A stretch of DNA of 64,000 nt, from the NCBI GenBank assembly GCA_050951545.1, contig JBMNJG010000011.1:224001-288000 (forward strand). The letters are read 5' to 3'. Positions 19,451 through 28,149 of this stretch are shown in pieces (the first letter of the stretch is position 1; every line of letters begins with the position of its first letter). Under the pieces are notes generated by a model. That model did not search any database. It saw only the letters and a program-made list of their open reading frames with translations, and was not told the origin of the DNA. The DNA comes from Limnochordia bacterium. GTDB taxonomy: Bacteria; Bacillota; Limnochordia; DTU080. A program made the position numbers and the translations under genes.

Positions 19451-19582
19451 TTGGGAGCTTGACCTGATGTCTCTGACGAGAACCGTTCGACGCTGTACTG
19501 GCTAGATGCCGCTGACCGTGCCTAGCAGCGCCACGACACGGCGGCGATGCAACATCCATGCTGCTTCGAGGAAGGTGGTAGT

Positions 19583-20491
19583 TTGACAGGCCGTAGGCCC
19601 ATCGCGGCAGATGCTGTCGCAGACACACTGAAGCAGGGCCTGGCGGTTATCACGAGTGCATGCCGCCAGGCGACTGAGTTGCACGATGCGCTGCAGACCG
19701 TTTCCTTGTCATCACAGATAGAAGAGGTTAGTCAGGACAGTCTGGTCCAAGTGCTTGAGGTGGCCACGGCGTTGGAGGAGGATATCGCGACGTCAGCATT
19801 TCTCGTTAACGACGTTCTTTGTAGGGCGCGTGGCTGTGTCGGTGACCGGATCATCCAAGCACAGGAAGACGAACGGCGCCACCTGGCGAGAGAGATGCAC
19901 GACGGTCCAGCGCAATCAATGGCCAATCTAGTGATGCGCGTAGAGATCTGTGAGCGCTTGTTGGCAGCGAAACGGCCTGAGGTCATGCAAGAGCTGAGTC
20001 AACTGAAGATGCTGGTCAAAGAGTCTTTGCGCGAAGTACGGCAGATCATCTTTGATTTGCATCCTATGTCGCTCGACACCTTGGGTCTTGTGCCAAGTAT
20101 GCAGCGCTACTTTGACAATCTGCAGGAACGAGAAGGGGAGGCTATCCACTTTCGGGTGACAGGACAGATACGGAGCCTACCTGCAACCATGGAGGTAGCC
20201 TTGTTTCGGATGATCCAGGAAGCGGTTAGCAATGCTCGCAAGCACGCTCAAGCGACTCAGATTCGAGTACAGCTGGGGTTCTCTGATGGCTATGTGAGCG
20301 CCTCGGTCACTGACGACGGAGTTGGTTTTGACGTCCACCTTGTGGAGGAAGGCCGTATCCACCATCAGTCTTTTGGCTTGATCGGTATGCGTGAGCGGGC
20401 AGCATTGCTCGCTGGTGAGCTGTCGGTGGAGAGTCAGCTCGGCGTCGGAACCACTGTGAGGATTTGCCTACCAGCACCCAAGGAAGAGTAA
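19583..20491 (+). CDS. degS: DegS-like cytoplasmic histidine kinase (HisKA_3)
   Basis: QAQEDERRHLAREMHDGPAQSMAN, QEAVSNARKHA, DDGVGF, FGLIGMRER. TTG start chosen from the RBS. Confidence 0.8.
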   Translation: MTGRRPIAADAVADTLKQGLAVITSACRQATELHDALQTVSLSSQIEEVSQDSLVQVLEVATALEEDIATSAFLVNDVLCRARGCVGDRIIQAQEDERRHLAREMHDGPAQSMANLVMRVEICERLLAAKRPEVMQELSQLKMLVKESLREVRQIIFDLHPMSLDTLGLVPSMQRYFDNLQEREGEAIHFRVTGQIRSLPATMEVALFRMIQEAVSNARKHAQATQIRVQLGFSDGYVSASVTDDGVGFDVHLVEEGRIHHQSFGLIGMRERAALLAGELSVESQLGVGTTVRICLPAPKEE

Positions 20492-20526
20492 CAGCTCCGC
20501 GCTACCCACCAATGGAGGGACTGCAA

Positions 20527-21210
20527 GTGCCGCCGATTCGTGTGCTGATTGCCGATGATCACGCTCTCTTGCGCGAGGGCTTAAGGCGTATATTGGAGCT
20601 TGAACCAGACCTTGAGGTTGTAGGCGAGGCCAGCGATGGAGAGGAAGCCTTGCAGAAGGCGAAAGAGCTCTTGCCGAATGTGATCTTGATGGATATCCAC
20701 ATGCCAGGCATGGGGGGACTCGAGGCTACACGGGCGATTCGCGAGCATGTGCCTTCTGCGGACATTATCGTACTCACCATTCACGATGGCGATGAGTATG
20801 TGGTGGAAATGGTTAACGCCGGAGCCAAGGGTTATGTACTGAAAGACGTGGAACCAGCCACGGTTGTGGAGGCCATTCACAGGGTCCATGAGGGCGAGTC
20901 GTTTATCCCCAGTGATCTGATGGTCAAGGTGTTTCGCGAGTTTCAGCGCATCTCCGCTTACCAGAGGGCGATCTCGGACGCACCCACTGACCATCCTGGT
21001 GTTCAGGATGAGAGGCTTACCGCCCGCGAACTGGAAGTGCTACAGCACATTGTGTACGGAGAGACCAATAAGGAGATAGCTGCTTCACTGTTTATCAGTG
21101 AGAAGACCGTGAAGAATCACGTTACCAATATCCTAAGAAAACTGGGTCTCTCGGACAGAACACAGGCCGCCGTCTATGCCCTGCGTCATGGGTTGGTGCG
21201 GGCGGAGTGA
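20527..21210 (+). CDS. degU: DegU-like NarL/LuxR-family response regulator
   Basis: IADDH, LMDIHMP, LTARE..TNKEIA..ISEKTVKNHV; follows the degS-like gene. Confidence 0.8.
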   Translation: MPPIRVLIADDHALLREGLRRILELEPDLEVVGEASDGEEALQKAKELLPNVILMDIHMPGMGGLEATRAIREHVPSADIIVLTIHDGDEYVVEMVNAGAKGYVLKDVEPATVVEAIHRVHEGESFIPSDLMVKVFREFQRISAYQRAISDAPTDHPGVQDERLTARELEVLQHIVYGETNKEIAASLFISEKTVKNHVTNILRKLGLSDRTQAAVYALRHGLVRAE

Positions 21211-21379
21211 CAGTCTGGGAGCCGAGTGTATGTATTAGGATGGGACACCTCGTCCATGCCGTGCGAACAGGTCCCAGGCAAGTCCCGCTAGAGTTGGTTG
21301 GGGTGGGACTTGGGGTGCACACGAAAATGAGTCTATCGACTGATTCCGCATGTGACCTTGTTCGGTATACAATAAACTC

Positions 21380-21455
21380 GTCGCAACACCAATGTTGCCT
21401 CGCGGAAGAGATCAGTAATCAGCCCCCGCTCCTTGCGATCTCTTCCGCCTTTTTC
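21380..21455 (+). ncRNA. Candidate ~75-nt sRNA or attenuator with a C-rich loop
   Basis: -10 TACAAT at 21368-21373; hairpin GCAACA/TGTTGC; 12-bp terminator stem 21402-21413/21437-21448 plus T5; loop contains CAGCCCCCGCTCC. Confidence 0.4.
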
Positions 21456-21535
21456 TGCCCAGACTAACCTACCATGGGTTAGGGTAGTACGCGTGTGTAT
21501 CATTGGAGCCCTAGGGTCGTTAGGGGGATGCCTTC

Positions 21536-22741
21536 ATGCAGACTATTCGTGTGCTGATAGCCGATGATACGGCCGAGACCAGGGCCAATGTGCGGCGATT
21601 GCTGCAGCTTGTGGGTGGCTTTGAGGTTGTCGATGAAGTGCCAGATGGGCAAGTTGCGGTGAAGAGGGCTCTACAACTGCAGCCGGACTGTGTACTGCTT
21701 GATGTGAACATGCCAGTCATGGGTGGTATCGCCGCTGCAGAGCAGCTGTCACTGCACGCGCCGCAGATTGCCATTGTGATGATGTCTGTCCTCAGTGAGC
21801 AGGAGTTTCTACGCCAAGCGATGGGCGCAGGTGCCCGCGATTATCTTCTCAAGCCCTTCGGCGCAGAGGAGCTGGCTCGCTCTATTCGCCGCGCTGTAGC
21901 GACATTGCGCCGGGGCAATCCAGAGGTTTCCCCCACCGTCAGTCGTTTGCTTCTCGTGGCCGGACCTAAAGGTGGCGTTGGCCGGACCACTGTAGCCACC
22001 AATCTCGCTGTGGGTTTGGCCATGCGAGATGAGTCGACATGCCTGATAGATCTTAATGGACAGCTTGGTAGTGCGGTGATGGCTCTTGGTATCCTGCCGC
22101 ATCGGACCCTGGCTCATTTAGGGGGAGGTGAAGGTTGCAGCCCGGAGGCTCTGCAGGCCACTTTGCAGAGGCACACCAGCGGCTTGGATATCTTGGCGAG
22201 CCCCACACTTCCCGAAGAGGCTGGGATGGTTACTCCTCAGCTTGTGGATGAGATCCTTTCGGCCCTCGCCAGTCTTTATACGTGGGTCATCGTGGATGCA
22301 CCGGCCTGTTTGGGAGCGCTGGTCTTGGCGGTGTTGGACCACCAACCCGAATGCCTGTTAGTGATCACACCGGACTTGGCTGCTGCGCGCAACGCTGGCC
22401 AGTTTCTGCAGACATGGCGAGCTCTAGACCTTAATGTCAGCGAGATCGCAGTCATACTCAACCGCGTGACACCGAGATCACCCATCTCCCACGAAGTGAT
22501 CGCTGGCCATCTGGGGTTGCCCGTAGACATGCAGATTCCGGAGGACGTGGCAGCCATGGGCGTAGCTGCGATGAACGGCAGACCTGTCGTGATGGATGGT
22601 AGGCGCACGTCTTCCGGACGGGCTCTGCAGGCCTTGCTCGATAGAGTGCAAGGGATACCACGACACACAGGCCGCGGCTCACCTTGGCTCACTTTGGCTC
22701 GCCAAATGAGGGCTGGCTTGGTCAACGCCTATCGCCCTTGA
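21536..22741 (+). CDS. CpaE/TadZ-like protein (REC domain + MinD/ParA-type ATPase)
   Basis: REC domain (IADD, LLDVNMP, KP); deviant Walker A GPKGGVGRTT; IDLN; VILNR. Confidence 0.82.
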   Translation: MQTIRVLIADDTAETRANVRRLLQLVGGFEVVDEVPDGQVAVKRALQLQPDCVLLDVNMPVMGGIAAAEQLSLHAPQIAIVMMSVLSEQEFLRQAMGAGARDYLLKPFGAEELARSIRRAVATLRRGNPEVSPTVSRLLLVAGPKGGVGRTTVATNLAVGLAMRDESTCLIDLNGQLGSAVMALGILPHRTLAHLGGGEGCSPEALQATLQRHTSGLDILASPTLPEEAGMVTPQLVDEILSALASLYTWVIVDAPACLGALVLAVLDHQPECLLVITPDLAAARNAGQFLQTWRALDLNVSEIAVILNRVTPRSPISHEVIAGHLGLPVDMQIPEDVAAMGVAAMNGRPVVMDGRRTSSGRALQALLDRVQGIPRHTGRGSPWLTLARQMRAGLVNAYRP

Positions 22742-22861
22742 ACTCCACACTAGCTAATAGTGCATGACGGGACGAATCCTTCTTCGGTCCTAGCACGGCT
22801 TACCTCGCAGCGAATAGCATGGGCGTGAGATGCGAATCCATTCTGGCTGCGGGGGTTGTCA

Positions 22862-23113
22862 ATGGACAAGAAACTGCAGAAAGGCAGGGAGCGTTTGGCG
22901 GACCTTTCGCAGCGCGAAAGAGACGTCCTGAAGCTAATTGCGCTTGGTCTTGCTAATGATGAGATCGCTACCAAGTTATTTATCAGCCCTCACACCGTGA
23001 AGAATCACGTCAGCAACATCTACCGCAAGCTGGGGATCGATGACCGCACCCAGGTCGCCCTTGTAGCGTTACGCCTGGGAATCGTGTCTCTCGACCACCT
23101 AGACAAAGCGTAG
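22862..23113 (+). CDS. Stand-alone LuxR/GerE-type HTH regulator
   Basis: LSQRERDVL..GLANDEIA..ISPHTVKNHVSNIYRKL; no receiver domain. Confidence 0.88.
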   Translation: MDKKLQKGRERLADLSQRERDVLKLIALGLANDEIATKLFISPHTVKNHVSNIYRKLGIDDRTQVALVALRLGIVSLDHLDKA

Positions 23114-23144
23114 GGTCATGGTGTGGGAGCGATCCGCCCGTAGG

Positions 23145-23174
23145 GCCAGGCCCTGTGCTCAAGCAGGGCCTGGC
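23145..23174 (+). terminator. GC-rich hairpin after the luxR-type gene
   Basis: GCCAGGCCCTG/CAGGGCCTGGC 11-bp stem; no U-tract. Confidence 0.45.
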
Positions 23175-23263
23175 GGCCATGGAGGAGCCTGGACCCGGCT
23201 TGTCGAAGGAACCATTATTGCAGTGTTTTGGGGCCTTAAGGCAACCGCACGGAGGACAGGTTC

Positions 23264-25474
23264 TTGGAGGAAAAGCGCACAGAACTCACGGGAATGGTCA
23301 GTCGCATCACTTACAGTAATGAGCGAAATCACTACACGGTTCTTCGTCTCGATACGTCCGATGGTGAAGTGACTGCTGTTGGGACTTTCCCTGCCGTTGG
23401 CCCGGGCGAGCAGCTTCTGCTGACGGGCGAATGGCGCGTCCATCCCCAATATGGCAAGCAGTTTCACGTTCATAGCCATCGCCAACTCGCTCCGGCTACT
23501 CTACAAGGATTGGAGCGTTATCTCAGCTCTCATCTCATCAAAGGTATTGGTCCTGCATTGGCCAAGCGACTGGTCGCTAGGTTTGGTCTGGATACTCTGA
23601 AGGTGATCAGTGAGACCCCCGAGCTTCTCGCTGAGGTGCCAGGCCTGGGGGCGCAACGGCGCAAGAGCCTCACAGACGCAGTAGCAGCTCACCGAGCTGT
23701 GCAGGATATCATGGTTTTCCTGCAGGGCTTGGGAGCGGGGCCAGCATTGGCGGCGAGGATCTACAGGCATTACGGCACTCAGGCTGCAGATGTGTTGCGC
23801 CGTGATCCCTACCGCCTGGCCAATGAGGTATATGGCATCGGTTTTCATACTGCAGACCGCATTGCTCGTGAAATAGGGGTTGGGGCTCATTCTGTGGAGC
23901 GGGCGCAAGCAGCTGTACTGCATCTGCTCGACAGGGCAGCAGACCAAGGGCACATGTGCCTTCCGTTTGCGGAACTCATGGCCGAAGGAGAGAAAGAGCT
24001 TTCGGTACACCAAGACCAGATTCGGGAAGCTGTGGGGCATCTGGCCGCCAGCGGAAGGCTGGTAGTAGAAGCAGAGACTGCGGACCACCTGGTCTATCTG
24101 TCGCGCCTGCATTGGGCCGAGCGGCAGGTGGCCGACCTGCTCTTTGGTCTAGCGCAGGCTCCGCGTCTCGTGGAGCTACCGCTAGATGAGGTTGATGGAG
24201 AGCAACGCGCACAGGGCACGCACCTGACCACAGAACAATGGCGAGCCGTCAAAGCAGCTCTTCTGGGTGGTGTCGTGGTTATCACTGGCGGCCCAGGTAC
24301 TGGCAAAACCACTGTCGTGCGCGAGGTACTCAGTGGGGCTATAGCGGCTGGGTTGGGTGTGCTCTTGGCAGCTCCGACGGGGCGGGCGGCCAAGAGGTTG
24401 CAGGAGGCAACCGGGATGCGGGCGGCGACTATCCATCGGCTTCTCGAGTATGGTCTCAGTACAGCTGATGGGAGGCCCGGTTTCCAGAGGAATGCAGACA
24501 ACCCGCTTCAGACGGACATGCTTGTCATTGATGAGGCATCGATGCTGGATGCACCACTGGCTTGCCACTTGCTGCGGGCGATCAAACCCGGGACGACGCT
24601 CGTCTTGGTGGGAGACGCTGATCAACTGCCGTCGGTAGGACCCGGTACGGTATTGCGTGATGTCATTCGCTCTGGCTGCGTGCCAGTTGTGAGGCTGACT
24701 ACGATATTTCGGCAAGCTGAGGAGAGCATGATCGTTACCAACGCCCATCGCATCAATCGAGGGGAGCAGCCTATCTGTAACCACCCAGGCAGTGACTTCT
24801 TTCTCGTGGAGGAGGCGGAGCCCACGGCCATCAGTGAGCGTCTCCGCGAATTGGTGACGGAGCGCTTACCGCGCTATCTGAGCTGTGATCCCTATGCTGA
24901 CATTCAGGTATTGTCTCCTGTACGTCGGGGGGCTGCTGGGGTTGAGCATCTGAACACTGTGCTGCAAAGTGCGCTTAACCCTTTGGTTCGTTCGGTGCCC
25001 GATGCAGGTATGGGTGATCTGTTCCCTGGAGATCGGGTCATGCAGGTGCGCAACAACTACGATAAGATGGTGTTCAACGGAGACATAGGCCTGGTTAAGA
25101 CGGTCGATCGTGACAGTGGAACTGTGCTCGTCGCTTTTTCGGATAGAGATGAAGGGGCAGACGTTGTCTACGCAGGGGATGAGCTGGATGAGCTGAGCTT
25201 GGCCTACGCGATGTCGGTTCATAAGAGCCAAGGCAGTGAGTTTCCGATTGTTGTGCTGGCCATGCCCCGTGTCATGCCCGCTCTTATGACGCGAAATCTC
25301 CTGTATACAGCAGTGACGCGAGCACAGCGCTTCGTGGTGTTGGTGGGCCAGAGAAGCACTGTTGCCCTCTATGTTTTCAATGACAAAGCCATGCATCGCT
25401 ATGGACAGCTTGCTGAGCGGCTTCAAAGTGCAGACAAGGAGATCCGTAGCTCGCGGGATCCGGCAGATCCGTAG
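23264..25474 (+). CDS. recD2: ATP-dependent RecD2 DNA helicase
   Basis: HhH motif IKGIGP, GGPGTGKT, DEASM, GDADQLPSVG, SVHKSQGSE, YTAVTRA; TTG start after GGAGG. Confidence 0.95.
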   Translation: MEEKRTELTGMVSRITYSNERNHYTVLRLDTSDGEVTAVGTFPAVGPGEQLLLTGEWRVHPQYGKQFHVHSHRQLAPATLQGLERYLSSHLIKGIGPALAKRLVARFGLDTLKVISETPELLAEVPGLGAQRRKSLTDAVAAHRAVQDIMVFLQGLGAGPALAARIYRHYGTQAADVLRRDPYRLANEVYGIGFHTADRIAREIGVGAHSVERAQAAVLHLLDRAADQGHMCLPFAELMAEGEKELSVHQDQIREAVGHLAASGRLVVEAETADHLVYLSRLHWAERQVADLLFGLAQAPRLVELPLDEVDGEQRAQGTHLTTEQWRAVKAALLGGVVVITGGPGTGKTTVVREVLSGAIAAGLGVLLAAPTGRAAKRLQEATGMRAATIHRLLEYGLSTADGRPGFQRNADNPLQTDMLVIDEASMLDAPLACHLLRAIKPGTTLVLVGDADQLPSVGPGTVLRDVIRSGCVPVVRLTTIFRQAEESMIVTNAHRINRGEQPICNHPGSDFFLVEEAEPTAISERLRELVTERLPRYLSCDPYADIQVLSPVRRGAAGVEHLNTVLQSALNPLVRSVPDAGMGDLFPGDRVMQVRNNYDKMVFNGDIGLVKTVDRDSGTVLVAFSDRDEGADVVYAGDELDELSLAYAMSVHKSQGSEFPIVVLAMPRVMPALMTRNLLYTAVTRAQRFVVLVGQRSTVALYVFNDKAMHRYGQLAERLQSADKEIRSSRDPADP

Positions 25475-25674
25475 CGGCGTCGATATCCGACTATTGCCAC
25501 GCAGGAAAGAAATAGAGAGGCAGGGAAGTACTACGTTTGAAGCACTAGTGACTAACGCGCATGCCTGCATGTTACCCATTACGGGAATGTGAGAATTGCA
25601 GCCGCCGCTGAGATCTAGCGGGAAGGGCGTACCATGTTGCCAAGGAAGTTCAACACCGTTGAGGAGGGAGTCTT

Positions 25675-26601
25675 TTGCAGTCACCATGGTCGAAATACTT
25701 CCGGTTGGGTGTGGTCCATTTCATGGCCTATCCCGAAGTAGGTAAAGACGAAAGTCGCATGCTACCAACCATAGCCGCAGTGGCAGCAGACGCCGATTTT
25801 GAGGTCATTGAGCTAAAGGGCGTCAGCGATCCTGCGCTACGTCCGCGGATCAGATCACTGTGCGAATCCGCTCACCTCACCGCAACCTACGGAGCACAGC
25901 CTATTGTACTCGGGGGGAAACTGAACCCGAACTCCCTGGATGCCAATGAGCGCAAGCGCGTTCTAGCGCGGCTCAAGCTAGCTGTTGATGAGGCGGTCGA
26001 GTTGGGGGCGAAGGGCTTTGCTTTCCTTTCGGGTCCCGACCCGGACGAGGCAGATCGCGAAAAAGCGCAAGAAGGCTTCGAAGCTCTGCTCATCGAGCTC
26101 TGTCAGTATGCGGCGGAGCGGGACAACCTGCCAGTTGTTCTTGAGGTTTTTGACCGAGATATCGACAAGAAGGCCTTTGTTGGTCCAACTGCCTTCGCAG
26201 CAGAGATTGCTCGGAACGTGCGGCAGAAATGCGCTAACTTCGGTCTGATGGTCGACTTGAGTCATCTTCCTTTGCTGGATGAGTCAGCTGAGGTCTCTCT
26301 GAGCGCAGCAAGTGAATTCCTAGTGCATGCGCACGCTGGCAACTGCGTAGTGCGTGATCCGTCGCACCCAGCCTACGGAGACCTGCACCCTCGTTTTGGT
26401 ATTGAGGGCGGGGAAAATGATGTGGCAGAGTTTGCTGAGTACTTGCGCTGGCTATTTCGCGTCGGGTATCTAGGAGAGGGTCGCAAAGAGAGGCCCATAC
26501 TCAGCTTTGAAGTACAGCCTATGCCTGGTGAGAGTTCTGAGGCAGTGTTGGCAGGTGCGAAACGAACACTGACCGCGGCGTGGGCTCAACTTGAGCTGTA
26601 G
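25675..26601 (+). CDS. Sugar-phosphate isomerase/epimerase (xylose-isomerase-like TIM barrel)
   Basis: Metal-ligand pattern VLE..DLSH..HAH..SFE. Confidence 0.8.
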   Translation: MQSPWSKYFRLGVVHFMAYPEVGKDESRMLPTIAAVAADADFEVIELKGVSDPALRPRIRSLCESAHLTATYGAQPIVLGGKLNPNSLDANERKRVLARLKLAVDEAVELGAKGFAFLSGPDPDEADREKAQEGFEALLIELCQYAAERDNLPVVLEVFDRDIDKKAFVGPTAFAAEIARNVRQKCANFGLMVDLSHLPLLDESAEVSLSAASEFLVHAHAGNCVVRDPSHPAYGDLHPRFGIEGGENDVAEFAEYLRWLFRVGYLGEGRKERPILSFEVQPMPGESSEAVLAGAKRTLTAAWAQLEL

Positions 26602-26654
26602 TAAGGGTTTGAGATGATCCAGCGTAGAAAGCTTTTCAAGGGAGGCACCAACTG

Positions 26655-27632
26655 ATGGCCAAGCCTAAAGTGTACGTAACCAGGCAGATCCCCGACGATG
26701 GGATGAAACTGCTATATGAGAAGTGTGAAGTTCACGTCAATCCGCATGATCGCGTCGTTACGCGTGAGGAGCTGCTGCAGAATGTGAAAGGCAAAGACGC
26801 TCTGCTTTGCCTCCTCACGGAGACCATCGACGCTGAGGTATTCGATGCCAATCCAAACCTGAAGATCGTGGCCAACTACGCCGTGGGTTTCAATAACATC
26901 AATATAGAGGAAGCGACAAAGCGCGGTGTTCCAGTCTCCAATACGCCGGGAGTACTTACCGACACCACGGCGGATTTCGCTTGGACATTGCTGATGGCTG
27001 TGGCCAGGCGAGTTGTCGAGGGTGACAAGTTCACCCGAGCAGGGCGTTTTGTGGGCTGGGCCCCGATGCTCCTGCTAGGACAAGACGTACACCACAAGAC
27101 GATTGGGATTATCGGGTTTGGTCGCATCGGTCAGGCCATGGCTAAGCGAGCGTCGGGATTTGGGATGAAGATTCTCTACCATGACGTAAACCAGATGCCA
27201 GAAGTGGCTCGTCAGTTCAACGCTGAGTACCGAGAGATCGATGACCTCTTGCGCGAGTCAGACTTTGTCTCGTTGCACGTCGATCTTAATGAGCAGACGC
27301 GTCACCTCATTGATGAACGCGCTCTTGAGCTTATGAAGCCCAGCGCTTATCTGATCAATAGCGCTCGTGGTCCTGTGGTTGACGAGGCGGCTCTGGTAAG
27401 GGCACTAAAGGCCAACCGCATTTCTGGAGCCGGACTGGATGTATTCGAGGAAGAGCCTCAGTTAGCGCCTGGCCTGGCGGAGTTGGACAATGTGGTCATT
27501 GCTCCACACATCGCCAGTGCTACCAAAGAGACTCGTGGAGCGATGGCGCGCATCGCTGCTGAGAACGTCATCGCCGCTCTCGAGGGTCGCAAGCCCCCTG
27601 CAATAGTAAACCCCGAGGTCTGGAAGGACTAA
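26655..27632 (+). CDS. D-2-hydroxyacid dehydrogenase (glyoxylate reductase/D-glycerate dehydrogenase)
   Basis: NTPGVLT, GIIGFGRIG, INSARG, GLDVFEEEP, PHIAS. Confidence 0.9.
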   Translation: MAKPKVYVTRQIPDDGMKLLYEKCEVHVNPHDRVVTREELLQNVKGKDALLCLLTETIDAEVFDANPNLKIVANYAVGFNNINIEEATKRGVPVSNTPGVLTDTTADFAWTLLMAVARRVVEGDKFTRAGRFVGWAPMLLLGQDVHHKTIGIIGFGRIGQAMAKRASGFGMKILYHDVNQMPEVARQFNAEYREIDDLLRESDFVSLHVDLNEQTRHLIDERALELMKPSAYLINSARGPVVDEAALVRALKANRISGAGLDVFEEEPQLAPGLAELDNVVIAPHIASATKETRGAMARIAAENVIAALEGRKPPAIVNPEVWKD

Positions 27633-27667
27633 GGTCCCAGACGGCGAAGGACCTTTGCCAGCACTCA

Positions 27668-27718
27668 TAGTCTATGGTGTTGGCAGCCGATGGAAAAGGC
27701 TGCCGGCACCATAGACTA
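27668..27718. repeat. 21-bp inverted repeat/hairpin
   Basis: TAGTCTATGGTGTTGGCAGCC-N9-GGCTGCCGGCACCATAGACTA, with two G-U pairs on the + strand. Confidence 0.85.
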
Positions 27719-28149
27719 CAGTAACGAATGTGAAAAATCACTACTGCCAAACACATTGGACGAACGCAGCAACAAGTCATCGTGTAGTGGGTCAGGAGCT
27801 GACAATGGGTGGATTCCCATCAGGGGTTTCCACGGTGTCTGGAGGAACCATCGGGCAGAACAGAGAATGTCTTTGGAAGCTGCTCGAAAGGGCTGGAAGT
27901 CGCGAGGTAGCTGGGCAGGAAATACGCGTGTCTTGCAGAAATGGTTGGAGGTTGTCACTCGTACAGCTGGTTCGGAGCCTAGGCTCGTGTGGCCTGTTGT
28001 AACGAGCCTGTCTGATGAGTATAGATTGCAGAGGTGGAAGGAGACGTCGCAGAGGCCGGGTATTATACGGTAGTCTCGTTCCGGTTCGCGTCGAACGGAC
28101 AGGTGTTCAACCGGTTAGATCCAAAACTGATTATCCGGAGGTCTCGAAT

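Noticed and set aside
21351-21366. Crp site (TGTGA-N6-TCGGT); similar half-sites at 2062-2077 and 27729-27742
   Set aside because: The right half-site or spacing does not fit TGTGA-N6-TCACA; I found no convincing Crp box by eye.
27668-27718. Inverted repeat as a MITE or IS end
   Set aside because: I saw no second copy, transposase or target-site duplication; the G-U-compatible mismatches favour an RNA hairpin.
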